In this document: one piece after another, positions 47,001 to 60,500 of the stretch
Position numbering within the stretch: the stretch's first letter is position 1
Layout of the letters: each line of letters starts with the position of its first letter
Assembly (NCBI GenBank): GCA_040954595.2
Contig: CM082582.2
Span: 2,030,303 to 2,094,302 of the forward strand
DNA from: Balanoglossus misakiensis
Taxonomy: Eukaryota > Animalia > Hemichordata
Direction of reading: 5' to 3'
Length of the DNA stretch: 64,000 bases
Made by a program: the position numbers and the translations under genes
The notes under the pieces: generated by a model
The model's input: only the letters and a program-made list of their open reading frames with translations
Told to the model about the DNA's origin: nothing
Databases searched by the model: none

Positions 47001-50000
47001 TAGGATTGCTACGCCAGTTCCCTTAATGCAAACAATCACATTCAATATCACCAATGCATTGGCAATTTTAAATTACAGTGCTTTTGGCCATGTATTAACC
47101 TGGGTATTTACAATTAACTTTAAATCCCCATATGCGTTATATTCCAATGTCAATGTGAGGGGCTTAAAACACCATCTATCCTGATGCATCATCAAGCTTG
47201 CTTCACAATTTACCCTAATGCAAAGAATCAGATTTAGTGTCACGGTAGCATTAGCAATGTCAAATTACAGTGCTTTTGGCCACTTATTAACCTGGGGATT
47301 TACAGTCAACATTAAATACCCATGCATATGCATTAAATACGTATGTCAAAGTGCATAGCTTGCATCACCATATACTCCGATGCATCATTAAGCTTGCTTC
47401 GCAATTTGCCCTGATGCAAAGAATCAGATTAAATGACACCGTTGTATTAGCAATGTCAAATTACAGTGCTTTTGGATTTGTATTAACCCAGGGATTTACA
47501 GCCAACATTAAATACCCATGCACATGCATTAAATACCTATGTCAAAAAGCATAGCTTGGATCACCATCTACACTGATGCATCATTAGGCTTGCTACGCCA
47601 TTTCCCCTAATGCAAAGAATCACATTCAATGTCACCATTGTATTAGCTATGTCAAATTTCAGTGCTTTTGGACTTGAATTAACCCAGGGATTTTCAGTCA
47701 ACTTTTAATCCCCATATGCATTTAATACCCATGTCACAGTGAAGTGTTTGCATCACTATCTACCGGGATGCATCATCAAGCTTGCATCGCCATTTACCCT
47801 GATGCAAAGAATCAGATTCAGTGTCACCATTTCATTAGCAATGTCAAATAAAATTGCTTTTTGCCAAGTATTAACCTGGGGATTTACAGACAACTTTAAA
47901 TACCCATGTATATACATTTAGTACCTATATCAAAATCCTTAGCTTGCATCACCATCTACTCAGATGGATCATTAGGCTTGCTACGCCATTTCCCATAATG
48001 CAAAGAATCAGATTCAATGTCACCCTTACATTAGCAATTTTAAATTACAGTGCTTTTGGAGATGTATTAACCTGGGAATTTACATTCAACATTAAATACC
48101 CATGCACATGCATTAAATACCTATGTCAAAATGCATAGCTTGCATCACCGTCTACTCCATTGCATCATTAAGCTTTCTTTGCCATTTGCCCTAATGCGGA
48201 GAATTACATTCAATGTCAACATCGCATTAGCAATGTCAAATTACAGTGCTTTTGGACGCGTATTAACCCAGGGATTTGTAATCAACTTGAAATCCCCATA
48301 TGCATTTAATGCCCATGTCAAAGTGAAGTGTTTGCATCACTATCTACCGCGATGCATCATCAAGCTTGCATCGCCATTTAAATATCAATGCGTATGCATT
48401 AAATACCCATGTCATAGTGCAGTGTTTCCATCACTATTGACCCTAATGCATCATCAAGCATGCTTCACAATATGCCCTGATGCAAAGAATCACATTCAAT
48501 GTCACCATTGCATTAGCAATTTTAAATTACAGTGCTTTTGGCCATGTATTAACCTAGGGATTTACAATCAATTTTAAATCCCCATATGCATTATATTCCA
48601 ATGTCAATGTGAAGGGCTTGAAACACCAGCTACCCTGATGCATCTTCAAGCTTGCTTCACCATTTACCCATATTCAATGTAACCTTTGCATTAGTAATTT
48701 TAAATTACAGCGCTTTTAGCCATGTATAAACCTCGGGATTTAGAGTCAACTGTAAATATCAATGCGTATGCATTAAATACCCATGTCATAGTGCAGTGTT
48801 TCCATCACTATTGACCCTAATGCATCATCAAGCATGCTTCACAATATGCCCTGATGCAAAGAATCAGATTCAGTGTCACCATTTCATTAGCAATGTCAAA
48901 TTATAGTGTTTATGGCCATGTATTCACCTGAGGATTTATAGTCAACATTAAATACACATGCATATGCATTAAATACCTATGTCAAAGTGCAGAGCTTGCA
49001 TCACCATCTACTCTGATGCACTATTAGGATTGCTACGCCAGTTCCCCTAATGCAAAGAATCACATTCAATATCACCATTGCATTAGCAATTTTAAATTAC
49101 AGTGCTTTTGGCCAGGTATTAACCTGGGTATTTACAATTAACTTTAAATCCCCATATGCGTTATATTCCAATGTCAATGTGAGGGGCTTAAAACACCATC
49201 TATCCTGATGCATCATCAAGCTTGCTTCACAATTTACCCTAATGCAAAGAATCAGATTTAGTGTCACGGTAGCATTAGCAATGTCAAATTACAGTGCTTT
49301 TGGCCACGTATTAACCTGGGGATTTACAGTCAACATTAAATACCCATGCATATGCATTAAATACGTATGTCAAAGTGCATAGCTTGCATCACCATATACT
49401 CCGATGCATCATTAAGCTTGCTTCGCAATTTGCCCTGATGCAAAGAATCAGATTCAGTGTCACCATTTCATTAGCAATGTCAAATAAAATTGCTTTTTGC
49501 CAAGTATTAACCTGGGGATTTACAGACAACTTTAAATACCCATGTATATACATTTAGTACCTATGTCAAAATGCTTAGCTTGCATCACCATCTACTGAGA
49601 TGGATCATTAGGCTTGCTACGCCATTTCCCATAATGCAAAGAATCAGATTCAATGTCACCCTTACATTAGCAATTTTTAATTACAGTGCTTTTGGAGATG
49701 TATTAACCTGGGAATTTACATTCAACATTAAATACCCATGCACATGCATTAAATACCTATGTCAAAATTCATAGCTTGCATCACCGTCTACTCCATTGCA
49801 TCATTAAGCTTGCTTTGCCATTTGCCCTAATGCGGAGAATTACATTCAATGTCAACATCGCATTAGCAATGTCAAATTACAGTGCTTTTGGACGCGTATT
49901 AACCAAGGGATTTGTAATCAACTTGAAATCCCCATATGCATTTAATGCCCATGTCAAAGTGAAGTGTTTGCATTACTATCTACCGTGATGCATCATCAAG

Positions 50001-53000
50001 CTTGCATCACCATTTACCCTGATGCAAAGAATCGGATTCAATGTCATCGTTGCATTAGCAATGTCAAATAAAATTGCTTTTGGCCACGTATTAACCTAGG
50101 GATTTACAATCAATTTTAAATCCCCATATGCATTATATTCCAATGTCAATGTGAAGGGCTTGAAACACCATCTACCCTGATGCATCTCCAAGCTTGCTTC
50201 ACCATATTCAATGTAACCTTTGCATTAGTAATTTTAAATTACAGCGCTTTTAGCCATGTATTAACCTCGGGATTGAGAGTCAACTGTAAATATCAATACG
50301 TATGCATTAAATACCCATGTCATAGTGCAGTATTTCCATCACTATTGACCCTAATGCATCATCAAGCATGCTTCACAATATGCCCTGATGCAAAGAATCA
50401 CATTCAATGTCACCATTGCATTAGCAATTTTAAATTACAGTGCTTTTGGCCATGTATTAACCTAGGGATTTACAATCAATTTTAAATCCCCATATGCATT
50501 ATATTCCAATGTCAATGTGAAGGGCTTGAAACACCAGCTACCCTGATGCATCTTCAAGCTTGCTTCACCATTTACCCATATTCAATGTAACCTTTGCATT
50601 AGTAATTTTAAATTACAGCGCTTTTAGCCATGTATAAACCTCGGGATTTAGAGTCAACTGTAAATATCAATGCGTATGCATTAAATACCCATGTCATAGT
50701 GCAGTGTTTCCATCACTATTGACCCTAATGCATCATCAAGCATGCTTCACAATATGCCCTGATGCAAAGAATCAGATTCAGTGTCACCATTTCATTAGCA
50801 ATGTCAAATTATAGTGCTTATGGCCATGTATTCACCTGAGGATTTATAGTCAACATTAAATACACATGCATATGCATTAAATACCTATGTCAAAGTGCAG
50901 AGCTTGCATCACCATCTACTCAGATGGATCATTAGGCTTGCTACGCCATTTCCCATAATGAAAAGAATCAGATTCAATGTCACCCTTGCATTAGCAATTT
51001 TAAATTACAGTGCTTTTGGCCACGTATTAACCTGGGAATTTACATTCAACATAAAATACCCATGCACATGCATTAAATACCTATGTCAAAATGCATAGCA
51101 TGCATCACCATCTACTCCATTGCATCATTAAGCTTGCTTTGCCATTTGCCCTAATGCAAAGAATTACATTCAATGTCAACATCGCATTAGCAATGTCAAA
51201 TTACAGTGCTTTTGGACGCGTATTAACCAAGGGATAGGTAATCAACTTGAAATCCCCATATGCATTTATGCCCATGTCAAAGTGAAGTGTTTGCATCACT
51301 ATCTTCCGTGATGCATCATCAAGCTTGCATCGCCATTTACCCTGATGCAAAGAATCGGATTCAATGTCATCGTTGCATTAGCAATGTCAAATAAAATTGC
51401 TTTTTGCCAAGTATTAACCTAGGGATTTACAATCAATTTTAAATCTCCATATGCATTATATTCCAATGTCAATTTGAAGGGCTTGAAACACCATCTACCC
51501 TGATGCATCTTCAAGCTTGCTTCACCATTTACCCATATTCAATGTAACCTTTGCATTAGTAATTTTAAATTACAGCGCTTTTAGCCATGTATTAACCTCG
51601 GGATTTAGAGTCAACTGTAAATATCAATGCGTATGCATTAAATACCCATGTCATAGTGCAGTGTTTCCATCACTATTGACCCTAATACATCATCAAGCAT
51701 GCTTCACAATATGCCCTGATGCAAAGAATCAGATTCAGTGTCACCATTTCATTAGCAATGTCAAATTATAGTGCTTATGGCCATGTATTAACCTGGGGAT
51801 TTACAGACAACTTTAAATACCCATGTATATACATTTAGTACCTATGTCAAAATGCTTAGCTTGCATCACCATCTACTCAGATGGATCATTAGGCTTGCTA
51901 CGCCATTTCCCCTAATGCAAAGAATCAGATTCAATGTCACCCTTACATTAGCAATTTTAAATTACAGTGCTTTTGGAGATGTATTAACCTGAGAATTTAC
52001 ATTCAACATTAAATACCCATGCACATGCATAATTACCTATGTCAAAATGCATAGCTTGCATCACCGTCTACTCCATTGCATCATTAAGCTTGCTTTGCCA
52101 TTTGCCCTAATGCGGAGAATTACATTCAATGTCAACATCGCATTAGCAATGTCAAATTACAGTGCTTTTGGATGTGTATTAACCCAGGGATTTGTAGTCA
52201 ACTTGAAATCCCCATATGCATTTAATACTCATGTCAAAGTAAAGTGTTTGCATCACTATCTACCGTGATGCATCATCAAGCTTGCATCGCCATTTATCCT
52301 GATGCAAAGAATCGGATTCAATGTCATCGTTCAATTAGCAATGTCAAATAAAATTGCTTTTGGCCATGTATTAACCTAGGGATTTACAATCAACTTTAAA
52401 TCCCCATATGCATTATATTCAAAAGTCAATGTGAAGGGCTTAAAACACCATCTATCCTGATGCATCATCACGTTTGCTTCACCATTTACCCATATTCAAT
52501 GTCACCCTTGCATTAGTAATTTTAAATAACTGCGCTTTTAGCCATGTATTAACCTCGGGATTTAGAGTCAACTGTAAATATCAATGCGTATGCATTAAAT
52601 GCCCATGTCATAGTGCAGTGTTTCCATCACTATTGATCCTAATGCATCATCAAGCATGCTTCACAATATGCCCTGATACAAAGAATCAGATTCAGTGTCA
52701 CCATTTCATTAGCAATATCAAATTATAGTGCTTATGGCCATGTATTAACCTGGGGATTTACAGACAACTTTAAATATCCATGTATATACATTTAATACCT
52801 ATGTCAAAATGCAGAGCTTGCATCACCATCTACTCAGATGCATCATTAAGCTTGCTTCACCATTTGCCCTGATGCAAAGAATCAGATTCAGTGTCACCAT
52901 TTCATTAGCAATGTCAAATTATAGTGCTTATGGCCATGTATTCACCTGAGGATTTATAGTCAACATTAAATATCCATGCATATGCATTAAATATGTATGT

Positions 53001-53960
53001 CAAAATGCATAGCTTGCATCACCATCTAGTCCAATGCATCATTAAGCTTGCTTAGCCATTTCCCCTAATGCAAAGAATTACATTCAATGTCACCATTTCA
53101 TTAGCAATGTCAAATTACATTGCTTTTGGACACGTATTAACCCAGGGATTTGTAATCAACTTGAAATCCCCATATCCATTTAAACCCATGTCAAAGTGAA
53201 CTGTTTGCATCACTATCTACCGTGATGCATCATCAAGCCTGCATCGCCATTTACCCTGAAGCATAGGATCAGATTCAATGTCACCATTGCATTAGCAATG
53301 TCAAATAAAATTGCTTTTGGCCACGTATTAACCTGAGGATTTACAGTCAACTTCAAATCCCCATATGCGTTATATTCCAATGTGAATGTGAAGGGCTTGT
53401 AACACCATCTGTCCTGATGCATCATTAAGCTTGCTTCGCCATTTACCCTGATGCATAGAATCAGATTCAATGTCACTGTTGCATTAGCAATGTCAAATAA
53501 AAGTTCTTTTGGCCATGTCTTAACCTAGGGATTTATAATCATCTTTAAATCCCCATATGCATTATATTCAAAAGTCAATGTGAAGGGCTTGAAACACCAT
53601 CTATCCTGATGCATCATCACGTTTGCTTCACCATTTACCCATATTCAATGTCACCCTTGCATTAGTAATTTAAAATTACAGTGGTTTTGGCCATGTATTA
53701 ACCTCGGGATTTAGAGTCAACTTTAGATATCAATGTGCATGCATTAAATACCCATGTCAAAGTGAAGTGTTTGCCTCACTATCTACCGGGCTGCATCATC
53801 AAGCTTGCATCACAATTTACCCTGATGCAAAGAATCAGATTCAATGTCATCGCTGCATTAGCAATGTCAAATAAAATTGCTTTTGGACACGTATTAACCC
53901 AGGGATTTTCAGTCAACTTTTAGTATCCCTGTATGCATTTTAAACCCCGGTGTCAAAGTT
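38030..53960. repeat. ~195-bp monomer satellite with higher-order repeats (957, 1541 and 2304 bp)
   Basis: Monomer spacing is 196 (38682 to 38878). Matching variant ORFs recur at 42743/45047/47351 and 43523/45827/48131 (2304), 38682/40223 (1541), and 38682/39639 and 51517/52474 (957). Confidence 0.95.
40894..42066 (-). repeat. Inverted segment within the 195-bp satellite
   Basis: Monomers are reverse-complemented between TTTTA|CATGGC (40895) and TTGCTAAT|TTTAAA (42066). Confidence 0.93.
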
Positions 53961-55639
53961 TAGTGATTACTTCTTTGCTATTTAAACATTACATTTTGAG
54001 TAAAGTGGGTGAAATGGGATTAAAGTTTATAGTGACATATCGAAAAGAATCTTATTCAATTCGTTCATTTCTGAAATATGATAATACGAATATGCGTGTT
54101 TTATTCGCCATACATGAACACCAATGAAAAGTTATGTTTCCAGCTTAGGTATCGGTGGATTTGAACCACCTGACATCAGAAGACGCCTCCAGAATACCTT
54201 TAATTTGGTTGCATAATTTTCATGTGAATGTTCATAATATAGCGAGTGATTAATCCCTATTTTTTTTTTTGGGGGGGGGGGGGGTGGGGGTGGGGGGGGG
54301 GAGTTCAAGTAGCATATCTTGCAGGCCAATTTGAAGCAATGTGTCATGTGGTTAAACTGAAAGAAATTAACCAATATAGTTTCAGCTCTTTTTGAAACAA
54401 GGTGTCATTTGGTTGAACAATGGGCTAGTCAAAATAGCATCTGCTAATTATGCACACAATAGTGTGATGGGTTAGTGGGTTAAATTTACTTTTACCTTAG
54501 CATTATATAACACACTATCGTGTACATAATCTCGCAGAGCTCATTCACAATTGTTTTAAAATAAAGCAAGATAACTACATGTATGATAACATATTTAATT
54601 TACGCGCCTAAAGGGCAGTTAAAAAACCTCATACCAATTACAAAAGAGGGAAAAAACTGTCCTCTCCTCCTCTCACCCCATGATCTAAGCTAAATTTGGA
54701 ATTTGGATGGGGTGGGGAGGTTAAGCTAACCTAACATTGTGCTAACATTTTCTGCATGTCTGTCGCGTACAATGTGTCGATGCGCGAATACAATCACGGG
54801 TACCGTTGCGAGAAATTCCACCGAATAACGATGCTGACGAGTATTATCTATCTGAGAAATAATAGCATGTTATTCATAAAATATTCACATTAACCAATGA
54901 AAGAACCAACATGATTATTAGACCCTGGACACTTATTTAACGATTTATCATTATTATACCTTTATCATCACCATCAATATTAAACACCCTTTTATACTTA
55001 ATATCACCATAAGCCATCACCACAATTATTAATCGTTATTATACCCTTGCACAATTGCTACCCTTATTAAACCTGACACAGTTATTACCATTATTATACC
55101 CCTCTCATTCATATACCCATTATAACCTGTGTACACAAGCCATCATCATATTATGAACCCGTTATTATACCTTTTTATACCAGTCACATTTGTTACCCTA
55201 TTACCATTATTATACCCTTCTCATTCATATACCCATTATAACCTGTGTACACAAGCCATCATCATATTATGAACCCGTTATTATACATTTTTTATACCAG
55301 TCACATTTGTTACCCTATTATCATTACCTTCATACAAGCAACCACTGTTACCCCTTTATAACCTGTGTACACTCCAATTTTACCATAAAACCATCATCAC
55401 ATTTTTAACCCTTTTATTAAACCAAATTCAAATTTGTTCACCGTTATTATACCATACATATTTCAGAACCTATTATCATACCCTGCACAAAGCCATTGCT
55501 GTTAACCTAATTTTAAAACAAGTAATCACTACCAATTATTAACCCGATTTATTGGACTATTAAGTTTTATATTACGATCACCTCGTTTTGTATGTCTATA
55601 TTACTCTAACTAATAATTTCGGTCAATAGGATATTATGT

Positions 55640-56290
55640 TGAAACTCCACTTCTCCATTCTTCCACTTCTCCATCCTTTAGGTTGATGCTCCATCCATCC
55701 ATCCATCAAAGTTTATATTAGTAGGTTGACTATGGTTGACACGCCGCTTCATCCATCCATCAAATTTTACGTTAGTAGGTTGATTATGGTGTTACCAGTG
55801 AGCCCTACAGGAAAAAAAGAGGAAAAAACAGAGAAAAAAACTCCACTTCTCCATCCTTCCACTTCTCCATCATTTAAGTTGACGCTCCGCGGCACCATCC
55901 ATCCATCAAAGTTTATATTTTAGTAGGTTGACTATGGTTGACGCTCCGCTCCATCCATCCATCCATCAAAGTTTATATTAGTAGGTTGACTATGGTTGAC
56001 ACTCCGCTCCATCCATCCATCAAAGTTTATATTAGTAGGTTGACTATGGTTGACGCTCCATCCATCCTCCATCAAAGTTTATATTAGTAGGTTGACTATG
56101 GTTGACACTCCGCTCTCTCCATCCATCAAATTTTACGTTAGTAGGTTGATTATGGTGTTACCATTGGGGCCTACAGGAAAAAAAAAGAAAAAAAAAGAGA
56201 AAAGAAAGAAGAGGAAAAAGAAAAAAAGAAAGAGAGAGAGAGAAGAAGAAGAGTACCGGTGGGACCTACAGAAAAAAAAAGAATGAAAGA
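55640..56290. repeat. (CCAT)n-containing ~50-60-bp minisatellite followed by a purine-rich tract
   Basis: CCATCCATCAAAGTTTATATTAGTAGGTTGACTATGGTTGAC is repeated, with an A/G tract at ~56176-56290. Confidence 0.85.
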
Positions 56291-57589
56291 ATTAAAAACA
56301 TGAAATCAATAAAATCAATGATAATGATAAGATTAATGTGGCAAGCTCGCCCAAACCAACATACTGCGGTGCAATTAAGGTGCAACCAACATTGGCTAGG
56401 TCAAAGCAGTTCCTATGGATACCAGAGAGTGCCAATGCTGTATCTGCTATGTAAATAGGAAAGCTGATCAAAGGTCACCAAGAGCTCACCCAAAATTGTC
56501 AACAATTTTTTCTTCCAAAATAATCAGCATAAAATGAAAAACAAGACTTCTGGCTCTATTGGTTAACCTGGTAATTAGGTGTTCCAGCCCTCAAAATTTG
56601 AAGGTTATCATTGGTCAAGAAATTCAGATTAAGTCCAATAGTAGAGCATGTTAATAAAAAATTCAACCTGTAACAATATAGGTAAGCTCAGCATTAGTTA
56701 TTCACATATTTAATAAGCTCAACATTGGTCCAGTGGATTCCAAATGTTACCAAAAAGCTAAGTCCCATACTTGTCCATATACATCAAAAACCAAACCTCT
56801 AGTGCTATTAGTCTAGGCGCCATAAGATATTCAGAAAAGAATACAGGTGCCAAACTTAGGACAAAGTTCAATGCCAATGTTATCAAAAAATTTGGGTTAT
56901 GTCCTGGCAGCAGTACTATTTGTGTGAAAAAAATCATCACCATTGTGCTTTTCAACAAGAGGCATATCCACGAATAATTAATGAGTAGGCCAGAAATAGG
57001 AAATCTTAGTTTTAAATCGTTGTTCAGAACATCCAATTTGACTCCAATAAGGTTTAACCAATCACAATTCACTTGAAAACTAGATTAGAAAAAGATTTTT
57101 GAAGTTTTTTAATGAGATTTTTAAAAAATCCATAAGGCACCAAAAGTCACATGACCACTAATGATATTTTTGTCAAACTTTCAATCGCACAGTAAATTAG
57201 ATCTTGATTGGCCCTGTAGATTATGAAAATTTCAACTTTTAAAGCTTATTAGAAAAGCCAATATGGCCGCCATGAAGAAGACAATTAAAACTAAAAGTAG
57301 CATTGGAGTGGCCAAAGCGGTTAGCATGGTTCCAACAGAAAGCAAAGGCTGTATCTGTTGTGGATGCCTAGAAATGGTAAAGTAAGCTAGAGGTGATGCA
57401 AAATGTGCCAACAAAATTTGATACCAAACTGATCAGTGTCCAACAAAAAGCAGACTTCTACGCTTTATTGGTTAACTTTAAATAGCTTATATACATAATT
57501 ATTGTGTTAAGGTTAATACATGTACTTCATTAGGTGTTCCGGTCCTCTAAATTTAACAGGTGTATATGCTGTGCATACCAAGTTTTGGA

Positions 57590-60500
57590 AATGTAGATCA
57601 AGGGTCATTGCCAAAATTATCAAAATACTTGGGTTATGTCCTGGCAGCAATAAAACTCATGTGAACAAAATCATGACTGTTGTGCTTTTTAAAAAGAGAC
57701 ATACCCAAGTAGATCAAGGGTCATTGCCAAAATTATCAAAATATTTGGGTTATGCCCTGGCAGCAGTAGTACTTGTGTGAACAAATCATGACTGTTGTGC
57801 TTTTAACAAGAGACATATCCAAGTAGATCAAGGGTCATTGCCAAAATTATCAAAATATTTGGGTTAAGTCCTGGCAGCAATAAAACTCATGTGAACACAA
57901 TCATGACTGTTATGCTTTTTAACAAGAGCCATATCCACATAAAATTAAGTTCTGGAATTACTGGGTCAAAGGACATGCGAGAGTTGCCAACAAATTGTTG
58001 GCAAAAATTAATTTGTTTGTTTTCAATGAGTAGGCTAGAAATAGGAAATCTTAGTTTTTAATCAGTGTTCAGAGAAATCCAATTTGGCTCCAATAAGGTG
58101 ACACCAATCACATTTCACTTGAAAACTTGATTAGAAAACGTCTGTTTGAATTTTTTATGAGTTTTTTTTCAAAATTCCAATAAGGCATTCAAAGTCACAT
58201 GGCTGCTAACGATATTATTGTCAAACTTTTAACTGCACAGTATGGATCAAAGAACATGTGAAAGTTGCCAAAATATGTAACGTATTCTAATCATATGGTG
58301 ACTCGTATCCATATAAAGAAATTGTGTGCTTTCAATGAGTAGGCTAGAAATAGGGAATTTTAGTTTTTAATCGGGGTTCAGAAAATCCAATTTAGCTCTG
58401 ATAAGGTTACACCAACCACAATTCACTTGAAAACTTTATTAGAAAAAGATTTTTTGTAATTTTTAATGAGATTTTTAAAAAATCTAATAAGGCACCCAAA
58501 GTCACATGACCACTAATGATATTTTTGTCAAACTTTCAACCCTACAGTAAACTACAATTTGATTGGCCCTGTAGTTTATGAAAATGTCAACTTTTAAAAG
58601 TTATTAGAAAATCCAATATGGCCGCCATGAAGAAGACAATTAGAGCTACAAGCAGCATTGGAGTGGCCAAAGTGGTTAGCATGGTTCCAACAGAAAGTGA
58701 AGGCTGTATCTGTTGTGGATGCCTAGAAATGGTAAAGTACGCCAGAGGTGATGCAAAATGTGCCAACAAAATTTGATACCAAACTGATCAGTGTCCAACA
58801 ACAAGCAGACTTCTACGCTTTATTGGTTAACTTTAAATAGCTTATATACATAATTATTGTGTTAAGGTTAATACATGTATTTCATTAGGTGTTCCGGTCC
58901 TCTAAATTTAAAAGCTGTATCTGCTGTGCATATCAAGTTTTGGAAATGTAGATCAAGGGTCATTGCCAAAATTATCAAAATATTTGGGTTATGTCCTGGC
59001 AGCAATAAAACTCATGTGAACAAAATCATGACTGCTGTGCTTTTTGACAAGAGACATACCCAAGTAGATCAAGGGTCATTGCAAAAATTATCAAAATATT
59101 TGGGTTATGCCCTGGCAGCAGTAGTACTTGTGTGAACAAATCATGACTGTTGTGCTTTTAACAAGAGACATATCCAAGTAGATCAAGGGTCATTGCCAAA
59201 ATTATCAAAATATTTGGGTTATGTCCTGACAGCAATAGAATTCATGTGAACACAATCATGACTGTTGTGCTTTTTAACAAGAGACATATCCAAGTAGATC
59301 AAGAGTCATTGCCAAAATTATCAAAATATTTGGGTTAAGTCCTGGCAGCAATAAAACTCATTTAAACACAATCATGACTGTTGTGCTTTTTAACAAGAGA
59401 CATATCCAAGTAGATCAAGGGTCATTGCCAAAATTATCAAAATATTTTGGTTATGTCCTGGCAGCAATAAAACTCATGTGAACACAATCATGACTGTTGT
59501 GCTTTTTATCAAGAGACATATCCAAGTAGATCAAGGGTCATGGCCAAAATTATAAAAATATTTGGGTTATGTCCTGGCAGCAATAAAACTCGTGTGAACA
59601 CAATCATGAATGTTGTGCTTTTTAACAAGAGACATATCCAAGTAGATCAAGGGTCATTGCCAAAATTATCAAAATATTTGGGTTATGTCTTGGCAGCAAT
59701 AGTAGTCACGTAAACAAAATCATGACTGTTGTGCTTTTTAACAAGAGACATATCCAAGTAGATCAAGGGTCATTGCCAAAATTATCAAAATATTTTGGTT
59801 ATGTCCTGGCAGCAATAAAACTCATGTGAACACAATAATGACTGTTGTGCTTTTTAACAAGAAACATATCAGAGTAGATCAAGGGTCATTGCCAAAATTA
59901 TCAAAATATTTGTGTTATGTCCTGACAGCAATAAAACTCGTGTGAACACAATCATGACTGTTGTGCTCTTTAACAAGAGACATATCAAAGAAGATCAAGG
60001 GTCATTGCCATAATTATCAAAATATTTGGGTTATGTCCTGGCAGCAATAAAACTCATGTGAACAAAATAATGACTGTTGTGCTTTTTAACAAGAGACATA
60101 TCCAAGTAGATCAAGAGTCATTGCCAAAATTATCAAAATATTTGGTATATGTCCTGGCAGCAATAAAACTCATGTGAGCACAATCATGACTGTTGTGCTT
60201 TTTATCAAGAGACATATCCAAGTAGATCAAGGGTCATTGCCAAAATTATCAAAATATTTGGGTTAAGTCATGGCAGCAATAGTAGTCACGTAAACAAAAT
60301 CATGACTGTTGTGCTTTTTAACAAGAGACATATCCAAGTAGATCAAGGGTCATGGCCAAAATTATCAAAATATTTGGGTTATGTCCTGGCAGCAATAAAA
60401 CTCGTGTGAACACAATCATGACTGTTGTGCTTTTTATCAAGAGACATATCCAAGTAGATCAAGGGTCATTGCCAAGATTATCAAAATATTTGGGTTAAGT

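Noticed and set aside
38682-53923. Recurrent 60-148-aa ORFs
   Set aside because: They are satellite monomer translations, used here only as period markers.
54261-54301. Poly-T/poly-G tract with G-quadruplex potential
   Set aside because: A simple low-complexity run with no supporting context.
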